NCBI GenBank assembly: GCA_963815115.1 | Contig: CAWFFN010000009.1 | Location: 800,001 to 864,000, forward strand | Direction of reading: 5' to 3' | Origin: an uncultured delta proteobacterium | Lineage (GTDB): Bacteria; Desulfobacterota; Binatia; DP-6 | DNA: 64,000 nt | Shown here: positions 56,704 to 64,000 of the stretch, piece after piece | How positions within the stretch are numbered: position 1 is the stretch's first letter | Layout of the letters: each line of letters opens with the position of its first letter | The notes under the pieces: generated by a model | What the model was told of the DNA's origin: nothing | The model's database searches: none | Seen by the model: only the letters and a program-made list of their open reading frames with translations | Position numbers and translations under genes: made by a program

Positions 56704-59343
56704 TCAAGCTGTTGCGCGGCGCGTGCTCTCGGATCGGGAGACTTCGCGCGCGTGGCCGATGATCACCCACAGCCACCCGAGCAACACGGCGGCGCCGAAG
56801 AGACCAACGCCCAGCGTCATCCAACCCAGCTGGCGGGTGTGTTCGGCCAGAGGTTCGAGCGGGCGTCGCGCCCGTTCCTCGGCCTCCTCGACCACGACGA
56901 TCCACTGGTCGCTGTCGTCGGTGGTCCAGCCGGCCAGGTAGAGGCGGTGATCGAGCGGATCTTCGAGGCGCTCGGCGCCGAACGGCCGGGGGCGGAAGCC
57001 GAGTCCCGGCCATTTCATCGGCGGCTGCCCGGGCGCGAGCGGGTTCTCGGGGTGCAGCACGATCTGATCGCGGTCGTTGATCACCACCACCCGGAGCCCG
57101 AGCCCGTCGACCTCCGGCGAGTCGGGTCCGGCGAGCTGCGGCACGTCCTGCACCCAGCGCCGGAGGTCGGCGAGGGTGACGCTGGCGACCAGGACGCCCG
57201 ACGGCGTGCCGCCCTCGGAGCCCGCCCGCCAGATTGGCGTGGATACCGCAATCATCTCGGGGGCTTCCTGGGACCTGGAGACGTAGGGCTCGGAGATGTG
57301 GGTCGCGCGGATGGGGCCAGCCTCCGGCGTGCCGCCGTGGAACCAGTCACGGTCACGGAACGCGCTGCCGACGACGCTGGGATCGAATGGAGCGCGCGCC
57401 TGGATGCGCCCGTCGGCATCGGCGAGCGCCCAGCTCGAGATGCCGGTGCGGGTGAGGCGCGTGCGCATCCGCTCCAGCCGCTCGCCGATCGCCTGCCAGT
57501 TGCCCTGCGCGAACGCCTCGCGCATCTCGTCGCGTCGGGCCGTGCGCTCGACGACGTCTCGCGCGGTGGCGAGCTGGCGCTTCAATGCCTCGGACACCCA
57601 GTGCGCCGCCGCCAGGTTGGTCTGCATGGTCTGGCGCAGGATGGCGTCCTGCGCCCCGGTGATCGCGCGCCGCGAGCGCCCGAGCTGCCACGCCGATGCC
57701 GCGACACCGGCGACCGCGAGGAGGATCAATGCGACGGTCACCGCATAGCGCCGCCGCTCGCGACCGCGCCGGGCATCGGCCGCTGCCTGGCGTGCCGTCG
57801 CTGCGCCGGCGGCAGCCGCCCGCTCGGCCTCGACGGCGGCGCGGCGTGCCCCGAGCGCACGCAGGCGCCGGGCAAGCTCGGCGGCAGATTCGAGCCGGCG
57901 CTCGGGCGTGGCGTCGACGCAGGCGGTGATGTCGGCGCGCAGCAGCTCGTCGTCGACGCGACGCTCCCAGCCAACGCCCAGCGCGCCGCGCAGGCAGCCG
58001 GCCGCGAGCTGGTACAGCATCACTCCCAGCGCGTAGACGTCCGACTGCGTCGTCGCGGGGCTCCCCTCGAGCAGCTCGGGCGCCATGTAGAGCGGCGTGC
58101 CGCTGCTCGAGCCCCCGTCACTCGCCCGCGGGATCGTGAGGCCCGTCCAGGGGATGCCGCGCGCGGCCAGCAGCTCCGGATCGGTGACCAGCCCGATGCC
58201 GAAGTCGGCGAGCCGTGCCCGCGGCGCCCCGGCGCCGTCGCTGGCGATCAGGACGTTGGAGGGCTTCAGGTCCTTGTGCAGCACGCCGACGCGGTGTGCG
58301 GCGGCGAGGGCGTCGGCGACCTGGGCAACCAGCTCCAGCCGCGTGGCGAGCGGCACCTGCTCGAGGCCGCCCTGACGCTCGGCCCAGTCCACCAGGCTGC
58401 CGCCCTCGGTGTATTCCGAGTCGAGGAAGTACGGCGGCTCGTCGATGTGCCAGTCGAGGATGCGCGCGATGTCGATCCGGTCACCGAGGGTTTCCTTCAG
58501 GAGCCGGAACAGCGCGACCTCGCGCTTGAGTCCCCGGACCCGGTCGGACTGGAAGCAGAACTTGAAGACGCGCGTCTCGCAGATGGCCTCGTGCCGGGCC
58601 AGCCACACCTCGCCGAAGCCACCCTCGCCGAGGCGCCGCTCGAGCTTCCAGCCGTGCCGGCCGGGCACCTCCAGTCCGGCGGCCGGCCGCCAGCCGAGGA
58701 TCTCCTCGTCGGCCGGGTGCACGTCGCGGGTCGCCTTCGCGGAGGACGGCGGCGGCTCGAGCGGGGAGAAGCCACGCAGACCGACCTCGAACACCTCGAG
58801 CGGCTCTTCGACGCCCTTGAAGCGATACGGTCCGTGCGCGAGCCACTCCACGCGCCCCACATCGTGATCGGGCACGACGTACTGCCGCACGGAATCGAAG
58901 GCGTGGGGAGTGAGGAGTATCTGCCCGGGCAGCGCCAGTCCCATCACTCGTGCGGTGGTGTCGACGGCGAGCCCGAGCAGGATCTCGTGGCCCGGCCCGC
59001 GCCCCTCGTCCATGAGCAGCGTCTCGCCGATATGGATGCCGATCCGTGCGCGCAGCGGGATGGCGGCGTCGAGTCGCGCCAGCTCCTGCTGGAAGGCGAG
59101 CGCGAAGAAGACCGCGTGCGAGGGCACGTCGAAGCTGGCGAAGAAGCCGTCGCCGGTGAAGTCGCGCTCGACGCCTTCGTGCTCGTGCAGCAGGCGACGG
59201 AAGAGCTGGTTGTGGCGCGCGATCGCCCGCGCGCCGTCCAGGTCGCCGAGACGCCGTTTCAGCTCGGTGGAGCCCGCGAGGTCGGTGAAGAGAAAGACCT
59301 GCAGGAGCCGTCGGGCGTCGCTCGCGACGGCGGGAGTGCTCAT
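56704..59343 (-). CDS. Class III nucleotide cyclase / Ser-Thr kinase / Cache-domain membrane protein
   Basis: FTDLAGST and TGDG cyclase motifs; LGEGGFGEV, HKDLKPSN, DFG and YMAPE kinase motifs; two TM helices flanking a Cache-like region (FRDRDWF, ISEPYVSR). Confidence 0.88.
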   Translation of the reverse strand: MSTPAVASDARRLLQVFLFTDLAGSTELKRRLGDLDGARAIARHNQLFRRLLHEHEGVERDFTGDGFFASFDVPSHAVFFALAFQQELARLDAAIPLRARIGIHIGETLLMDEGRGPGHEILLGLAVDTTARVMGLALPGQILLTPHAFDSVRQYVVPDHDVGRVEWLAHGPYRFKGVEEPLEVFEVGLRGFSPLEPPPSSAKATRDVHPADEEILGWRPAAGLEVPGRHGWKLERRLGEGGFGEVWLARHEAICETRVFKFCFQSDRVRGLKREVALFRLLKETLGDRIDIARILDWHIDEPPYFLDSEYTEGGSLVDWAERQGGLEQVPLATRLELVAQVADALAAAHRVGVLHKDLKPSNVLIASDGAGAPRARLADFGIGLVTDPELLAARGIPWTGLTIPRASDGGSSSGTPLYMAPELLEGSPATTQSDVYALGVMLYQLAAGCLRGALGVGWERRVDDELLRADITACVDATPERRLESAAELARRLRALGARRAAVEAERAAAAGAATARQAAADARRGRERRRYAVTVALILLAVAGVAASAWQLGRSRRAITGAQDAILRQTMQTNLAAAHWVSEALKRQLATARDVVERTARRDEMREAFAQGNWQAIGERLERMRTRLTRTGISSWALADADGRIQARAPFDPSVVGSAFRDRDWFHGGTPEAGPIRATHISEPYVSRSQEAPEMIAVSTPIWRAGSEGGTPSGVLVASVTLADLRRWVQDVPQLAGPDSPEVDGLGLRVVVINDRDQIVLHPENPLAPGQPPMKWPGLGFRPRPFGAERLEDPLDHRLYLAGWTTDDSDQWIVVVEEAEERARRPLEPLAEHTRQLGWMTLGVGLFGAAVLLGWLWVIIGHAREVSRSESTRRATA

Positions 59344-59345
59344 GC

Positions 59346-59714
59346 TCAGGCGCTTCCTGCCGGCGAAACATCGGCGAGCGTGCCGCGGCGCCGCGCCAGC
59401 TCCAGCGTCTTGGCGAGCGCGGCCCGGATCTCGTCACCGCCGACGATCTGCTTGTCGCGCAGCGCATACTCGAGCGCCAGGACCGTGAGGCCGATCTCGG
59501 TGAAGAGCTCGACGAAGCGCGGAGCGAACCCGCGCAGCCGATCGAGATCGGGCCCGAGCGCGGCCATGAAGGCGTCGAGGTTCAGCTCGAGCGCTTCCTC
59601 GGCGGGGGAGGGAGGAGGCGGCGCGGGCCGGCGCCGGTTGCGGATCAGACCGATGAGCGACCCCGCCGCGAGAGCGGCGAGCGGCAGGCTGATCGTGTCG
59701 ACCGTCGTGAGCAT
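59346..59714 (-). CDS. Hypothetical small membrane-anchored protein
   Basis: GAGGAGG RBS; N-terminal hydrophobic helix then a Pro-rich linker; stop 2 nt before the next ATG. Confidence 0.7.
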   Translation of the reverse strand: MLTTVDTISLPLAALAAGSLIGLIRNRRRPAPPPPSPAEEALELNLDAFMAALGPDLDRLRGFAPRFVELFTEIGLTVLALEYALRDKQIVGGDEIRAALAKTLELARRRGTLADVSPAGSA

Positions 59715-59737
59715 CGTCCCTCCTCGGTGCGTCAGAA

Positions 59738-59753
59738 AGCAAGCCAGGTGCCA
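59738..59753 (-). promoter_or_regulatory. Sigma-54 (-24/-12) promoter
   Basis: Minus strand reads TGGCACCTGGCTTGCT, close to consensus, just upstream of the RBS of 59714. Confidence 0.8.
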
Positions 59754-59916
59754 GGCTTGCGGTGAGCGGAAACGGGGCTCGTGCGTGCTCGGGACCCCTT
59801 TTCGGAGCTCGGGGGTGTCAACGGGGGTGGGCAGTCATTGCTAACCGCAGTTTACGGACTTCAGCTGTGATTGGATGGTGACCAGCGGGGAGAAGCGCCG
59901 CCCCGGATCTTCTGGA

Positions 59917-59961
59917 TTGACATGTGAATCGGGATTCACTACGACGTGAATCGTGATTCAC
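59917..59961 (+). promoter_or_regulatory. Sigma-70 promoter overlapped by two palindromic operators (probable TetR sites)
   Basis: TTGACA at 59917-22; GTGAATC-NN-GATTCAC at 59924-39 and 59946-61; possible -10 TACGAC between them at 17-nt spacing. Confidence 0.8.
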
Positions 59962-60005
59962 ATGGTGGTTGTTTGCCCCGTGATCCGGGGCAGCGGAGGG
60001 TCGCG

Positions 60006-60776
60006 ATGAGCATTCGCTACGCTGTCGACGGGCCCATCGTGGTCGTCACGATCGATAGGCCGGAGGTTGCCAACGCCATCGACCGGCCGACGGCCGAGGC
60101 GCTTGCCGATGCGTTCCGCCGCTTCGACGGCGACGAGGCGCTCTCGGTCGCGGTCCTGGCGGGAGCGAACGGGCGGTTCTGCGCCGGAGCCGATCTGAAG
60201 GCGATGCGCGAGGACGCTTCGCGGGTCACTCGGGTCGCTCCCGACGGCGAAGGTCCCGTCGGGCCGACGCGCATGCTGCTCGGCAAGCCGGTGATCGCTG
60301 CGGTCGAGGGCCACGCGGTGGCCGGGGGTCTCGAGCTCGCCGCGTGGTGTGATCTGCGGGTCGCGGCCGAGAACGCGGTCTTCGGGGTCTTCTGCCGGCG
60401 CTGGGGCATCCCGCTCATGGATGGAGGAACGATCCGCCTCGCGCGGCTCATCGGCCACAGCCACGCCCTCGACCTGATCCTCACCGGCCGTGGCGTGTCG
60501 GGAGAGGAAGCGCTCCGGATGGGCCTCGCCAACCGGCTCGTGCCACCTGGCCGGGCGCTGCCCGAAGCGATCGCACTCGCCCGCGAGATCGCGTCGCGGC
60601 CGCAGGGCGCGCTGCGGCATGACCGGCTGTCGTCGTACGAGCAGTGGTCCCTGGCGCTCGGGGAGGCGCTGCTCGGCGAGTTCCATCATGGAATCGCCGC
60701 GCTCGAGACCGGCGAGTTCCAGGGCGGCCTCGAGCGCTACGCGACCGGCAGCTGGCGACAGGGGCAGCTCACCTGA
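60006..60776 (+). CDS. Enoyl-CoA hydratase/crotonase family protein
   Basis: FCAGADLK, KPVIAAVEGHAVAGGLELA and DGGTIRL motifs; GGAGG RBS before ATG 60006. Confidence 0.93.
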   Translation: MSIRYAVDGPIVVVTIDRPEVANAIDRPTAEALADAFRRFDGDEALSVAVLAGANGRFCAGADLKAMREDASRVTRVAPDGEGPVGPTRMLLGKPVIAAVEGHAVAGGLELAAWCDLRVAAENAVFGVFCRRWGIPLMDGGTIRLARLIGHSHALDLILTGRGVSGEEALRMGLANRLVPPGRALPEAIALAREIASRPQGALRHDRLSSYEQWSLALGEALLGEFHHGIAALETGEFQGGLERYATGSWRQGQLT

Positions 60777-60814
60777 CCCGAACGCGAACGCCGGTCACGC
60801 GCCGGCGGTAGGAG

Positions 60815-61945
60815 ATGACGGCGATGGCGACACTGGCCGACGACCAGACCGTGATCCAGCGGATACTCGATCACATCGACAACAGGACCACCGATATCGG
60901 CGAGGCGAGCTGGCGCGAGCCCGTCGCGAACTATCTGTCGGAGTCACGGTTCGCGGCCGAGCTCCAGGTCCTGCGCCGCTTTCCGGTCCCGTTCTGTCCC
61001 TCCGCGGCCCTGCCGCAGAATGGATCGTATCTGGCGAGGAACGCGGCGCTCACGCCCATTCTCGCCGTGCGCGGCGCCGACGGCCGGGTGCGTGCCTTCC
61101 GCAACGCCTGCCGTCACCGCGGCACGCAGGTCGCGGCGGGTGCGGGGTGCGAGAAGGCGTTCGTGTGCCGGTACCACGGCTGGACCTACGGCCTCGACGG
61201 TGCGCTCCGCCACGTCCCGCACGAGCACGGCTTCCTCGGGCTCGACAAGAGCGAGCGCGGCCTGGTGGCGGTAGAATGCGTCGAGCGGCAGGGGCTGGTG
61301 TTCGTCGCGCAGGACGCGACACGGGCCACCGAGGAAGCGATCGACGGCCTGCCACCGCTGCTCGCATCGAGCTGGTCTTCGTTCGGCTCGAGCGAACGCG
61401 AGGTGCCTGCCAACTGGAAGGTCCTCGCCGAGGGTTTCCTCGAGGGCTACCACATCCGCTCGACGCACACGGAGACGTTCTACCCCGTCCAGTTCGACAA
61501 CCTGAACGTCGTGGAGACGTTCGGCAGGAACAGCCGCGTCGCCTATCCGTACCGTGCGATCAACAAGCTGCGCACCGTGCCTCCCGCGGAGTGGTCGATC
61601 GACGGCAAGCTGACCTACGTCTACCACCTCTTTCCGAACATCATGGTGGCGACCTTCCCGGCGAGCCGCTTCGTCGCCGTTCTCGAGCCCCTCGCCATCG
61701 ACCGGACCCTGCTCATCACCTACGTGCTGGCCAAATCCGGCGACGGCCTGCACGGCGCACCGGAGCCGGCGACGACCACCCGCGGTCTCGACCTGGTCGA
61801 TACTGGCGCGGCCGAGGACAGGGAGGTCGCCTGCTCCATCCAGCGGAGCATCGCCAGCGGCGCCAACGAGTTCTTCGAGTTCGGCCGCTTCGAGGCCGCG
61901 ATCGGCCACTTCCACCGCGCCCTCGACGCCGCGCTCGACGGATGA
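60815..61945 (+). CDS. Rieske non-heme iron oxygenase alpha subunit
   Basis: CRHRG...CRYHGW Rieske motif, NWK, EGYHIRSTH iron ligands, C-terminal ED. Confidence 0.92.
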   Translation: MTAMATLADDQTVIQRILDHIDNRTTDIGEASWREPVANYLSESRFAAELQVLRRFPVPFCPSAALPQNGSYLARNAALTPILAVRGADGRVRAFRNACRHRGTQVAAGAGCEKAFVCRYHGWTYGLDGALRHVPHEHGFLGLDKSERGLVAVECVERQGLVFVAQDATRATEEAIDGLPPLLASSWSSFGSSEREVPANWKVLAEGFLEGYHIRSTHTETFYPVQFDNLNVVETFGRNSRVAYPYRAINKLRTVPPAEWSIDGKLTYVYHLFPNIMVATFPASRFVAVLEPLAIDRTLLITYVLAKSGDGLHGAPEPATTTRGLDLVDTGAAEDREVACSIQRSIASGANEFFEFGRFEAAIGHFHRALDAALDG

Positions 61946-62580
61946 GCGCTCGGGCCGAGAAGGTCGGGCTCGCCGCCACGGCGGGTGCCGACGTGCAGGG
62001 AGCTGGTACGCGTGCGCGGCTGCTCCACGCGGCCGCGGAGGTGATCCGGGAAGGCGGATGGGGCTCGGCGTCGGTGGGCGCGATCGCCAGGCGAGCGGGT
62101 GTGGCGGCGGGAACGCTCTACCGCCACTTCCCGTCGAAGGCCGATCTGTTTCTCGAGGTGTTCCGGGCAGTCTCGGAGCGCGAGCTCGGAGCGATGCGGG
62201 CGTCGCAGGCTGCCCTGAAGGGGATCGGCGAGCGCTTCGACGCGGTCGTCGGGACGTACGCGAGCCGCGCCCTGCGCAACCCGCGTCTTGCCTGGGCGCT
62301 CGTGTACGAGCCGCTGGACGCGTCGGTCGATGTCGAGCGCCTCGCCTACCGGCGCACCTACTGCGAGGGAATGGCGGCGCTGATCCGTGAAGGCATCGAG
62401 GCCGGCACCATTCCCTCACAGGACGCGGATCTGGCCGCGGCCGCCGTCGTGGGCGTGATTGCGGAGACGCTCGTCGGTCCGCTCTCGCCGGTCACCACCG
62501 GGGGCGCCTCCGAGGAGACGATCGTGCGGGCCATCGTGACGTTCTGCCGTCGGGTCATCGGCTTGCCCGTGCAGGCCTGA
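61942..62580 (+). CDS. TetR/AcrR family transcriptional regulator
   Basis: IARRAGVAAGTLYRHFPSKADLF HTH; ATGA overlap with the oxygenase. Confidence 0.92.
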   Translation: MSARAEKVGLAATAGADVQGAGTRARLLHAAAEVIREGGWGSASVGAIARRAGVAAGTLYRHFPSKADLFLEVFRAVSERELGAMRASQAALKGIGERFDAVVGTYASRALRNPRLAWALVYEPLDASVDVERLAYRRTYCEGMAALIREGIEAGTIPSQDADLAAAAVVGVIAETLVGPLSPVTTGGASEETIVRAIVTFCRRVIGLPVQA

Positions 62581-62820
62581 CGCCGGTCCTCTTCCCGGTG
62601 ACCGCTCCCGGCGCACGGATGAAATCCCCACACGCCGCACCGATCGATGAGCGCGAGCATCGCGGGGGTGGCCCTCGGCCATCCGAGCTTCACCAGGGTC
62701 GCGCTCGAGCTCTCTCCCGAAGGTGCCGCCGCGCTCGGGATCGCGTGAGTCGGAACGACCATCGCGCACGTTGACCCCGGCGGCCGAGCCGCGCTAGGCA
62801 CGCCTCCGGGCTCGGCCGTC

Positions 62821-64000
62821 ATGAGAAGACACCTCGTCCGCCTCGCCATCGGGTCACTGGTCCTGGTTCGCACCGCCGGTGTGACGGAAGCCCAGGGGAA
62901 CCCCGCGCCGGACTCCTATCTCTGCTACGAAGCCGCGATCGCCGCGGGACAGCCGAAGCTTCCTTCCGGATCGACGGCGATGGTGACGGATGCGCTGGGG
63001 GGTCCGCGGGCGTTCGACGTCACCAAGAGTTCGACGCTCTGCAATCCCGCCGGGGTGAACGGCGGTGGAATCGCGCACGGCGCGGTTCACGAAGAGGGCT
63101 TTGCGATCAGGACGCACGGCGGGGCGCCCCGGTTCGTCAAGTCCGACCACGTGACCGTCGATCGGTTCGCTCGCCGAACGCTCACGCTCACCAAGCCCAC
63201 GTCGCTCCTCGACGTGACGCCGAGCGCCCCCGGCGCCACGCCGCCGGCGGCGTTCGGCAGCGATCCGACGAGCGATCCCGGCGTGAACCGGTTCACATGC
63301 TACAAGGCGAAGCTCGCCAGGGGCTCGTCCAGGTTCATCCCGCCTTCCCTGCCGGCCGTCGTCGACGACTTCTTCACCGGCGGCCAGCGGCTCCTGGCGA
63401 GGAAGGTGACCAAGGTCTGCAGCCCCGCCGACGTGAACGGCGAGACGCCTGGGGCCGAGGCGCGCGAGTCGTCGCTCGTCTGCTACCAGGTCACCCAGTT
63501 TCCCGGGTCGCCGCCGTCGAGCGCCCGGACCGTCTCGACCGACGGCGCCAACTTCGGCCCACACGTTCTGGGGGTCAGGAAGGTCGCCGAGCTCTGTGTT
63601 CCCGCCATCATCGATCCGCCTTCGACCGACGGTCCTCCGATCGTCGCACCCAGCAGCGTCTGGACCTGGGTCGATTTCGCCGACTCCGCCTGCGACGACG
63701 GCACGGCCACCGGCATCGGTGTGAACCTCACGGGCTCGCGAAACGTGCTCGTGTACCTGAACGGGGGCGGTGCCTGCTGGGACTACACGAGCTGCTACAT
63801 CCAGAACCTCGCGGTGCACGGGCCCTTCGGCAAGCCGCAGTTCGACGCGTTCGCGGGCGGATTCGGCAACGGCACCATCTTCGACCGCCACCTCGCCGGC
63901 AACCCGTTCGCCGACTGGAACTTCGTGTTCCTTCCCTACTGCACCGGCGACCTGCACGGCGGCGACAACGTCGCGACCTACCAGAGCGGCCCGACGGTCA
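62821..64000 (+). CDS. Secreted protein with N-terminal CY-repeat module and pectin-acetylesterase/Notum-like hydrolase domain (partial, runs off right edge)
   Basis: Open frame from ATG 62821: signal peptide, YLCY/FTCY/LVCY repeats, then CDDGTATG, YLNGGGACW and NPFADWNFVFLPYCTGDLHGG. Confidence 0.8.
   Translation, partial: MRRHLVRLAIGSLVLVRTAGVTEAQGNPAPDSYLCYEAAIAAGQPKLPSGSTAMVTDALGGPRAFDVTKSSTLCNPAGVNGGGIAHGAVHEEGFAIRTHGGAPRFVKSDHVTVDRFARRTLTLTKPTSLLDVTPSAPGATPPAAFGSDPTSDPGVNRFTCYKAKLARGSSRFIPPSLPAVVDDFFTGGQRLLARKVTKVCSPADVNGETPGAEARESSLVCYQVTQFPGSPPSSARTVSTDGANFGPHVLGVRKVAELCVPAIIDPPSTDGPPIVAPSSVWTWVDFADSACDDGTATGIGVNLTGSRNVLVYLNGGGACWDYTSCYIQNLAVHGPFGKPQFDAFAGGFGNGTIFDRHLAGNPFADWNFVFLPYCTGDLHGGDNVATYQSGPTV

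Noticed and set aside
56752-59844. Very long antisense ORFs (also 5013-7634, 39227-41839, 52016-54421, 35372-37420)
   Set aside because: Shadow frames opposite clear genes, expected at high GC; no recognisable motifs
59946-60005. GTG start at 59946 for the crotonase
   Set aside because: It lies within the operator palindrome; ATG 60006 has an RBS and gives a typical N-terminus

Overview
GC-rich, gene-dense bacterial chromosomal window. The DUF1302/DUF1329 pair and the Cys-rich secreted proteins suggest a Candidatus Binatia-like soil deltaproteobacterium (inference). The left half is mixed accessory metabolism: an aminotransferase fused to a Mur-ligase-like domain, an MdtNO-type efflux system, APS reductase, a two-component pair, a P450, photolyase and an S53 peptidase. 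The centre holds a complete group 1h (high-affinity, Hhy-type) [NiFe]-hydrogenase operon with accessory and hyp maturation genes (40874-55916), preceded by a sigma-54-type promoter. On the opposite strand lies a second group 1h-like small/large subunit pair that is tightly linked to a PAS-PAS-HisKA_2 kinase and a REC-PAS regulator, and it converges on a sensor-less sigma-54 activator. This is the most interesting signal: a candidate trace-H2-sensing hydrogenase circuit built from a group 1h paralog. A malyl-CoA-lyase-like gene and a mesaconyl-CoA C1-C4 transferase sit between the two hydrogenase loci. The right end has a cyclase-Ser/Thr kinase-Cache protein with a sigma-54 promoter, a TetR-associated catabolic operon with tandem operators, and a partial secreted esterase. 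No rRNA, tRNA, CRISPR array or transposase was seen. Three single-base indels in the hyp region look like sequencing errors. All family calls come from motif recognition by eye; no searches were run.
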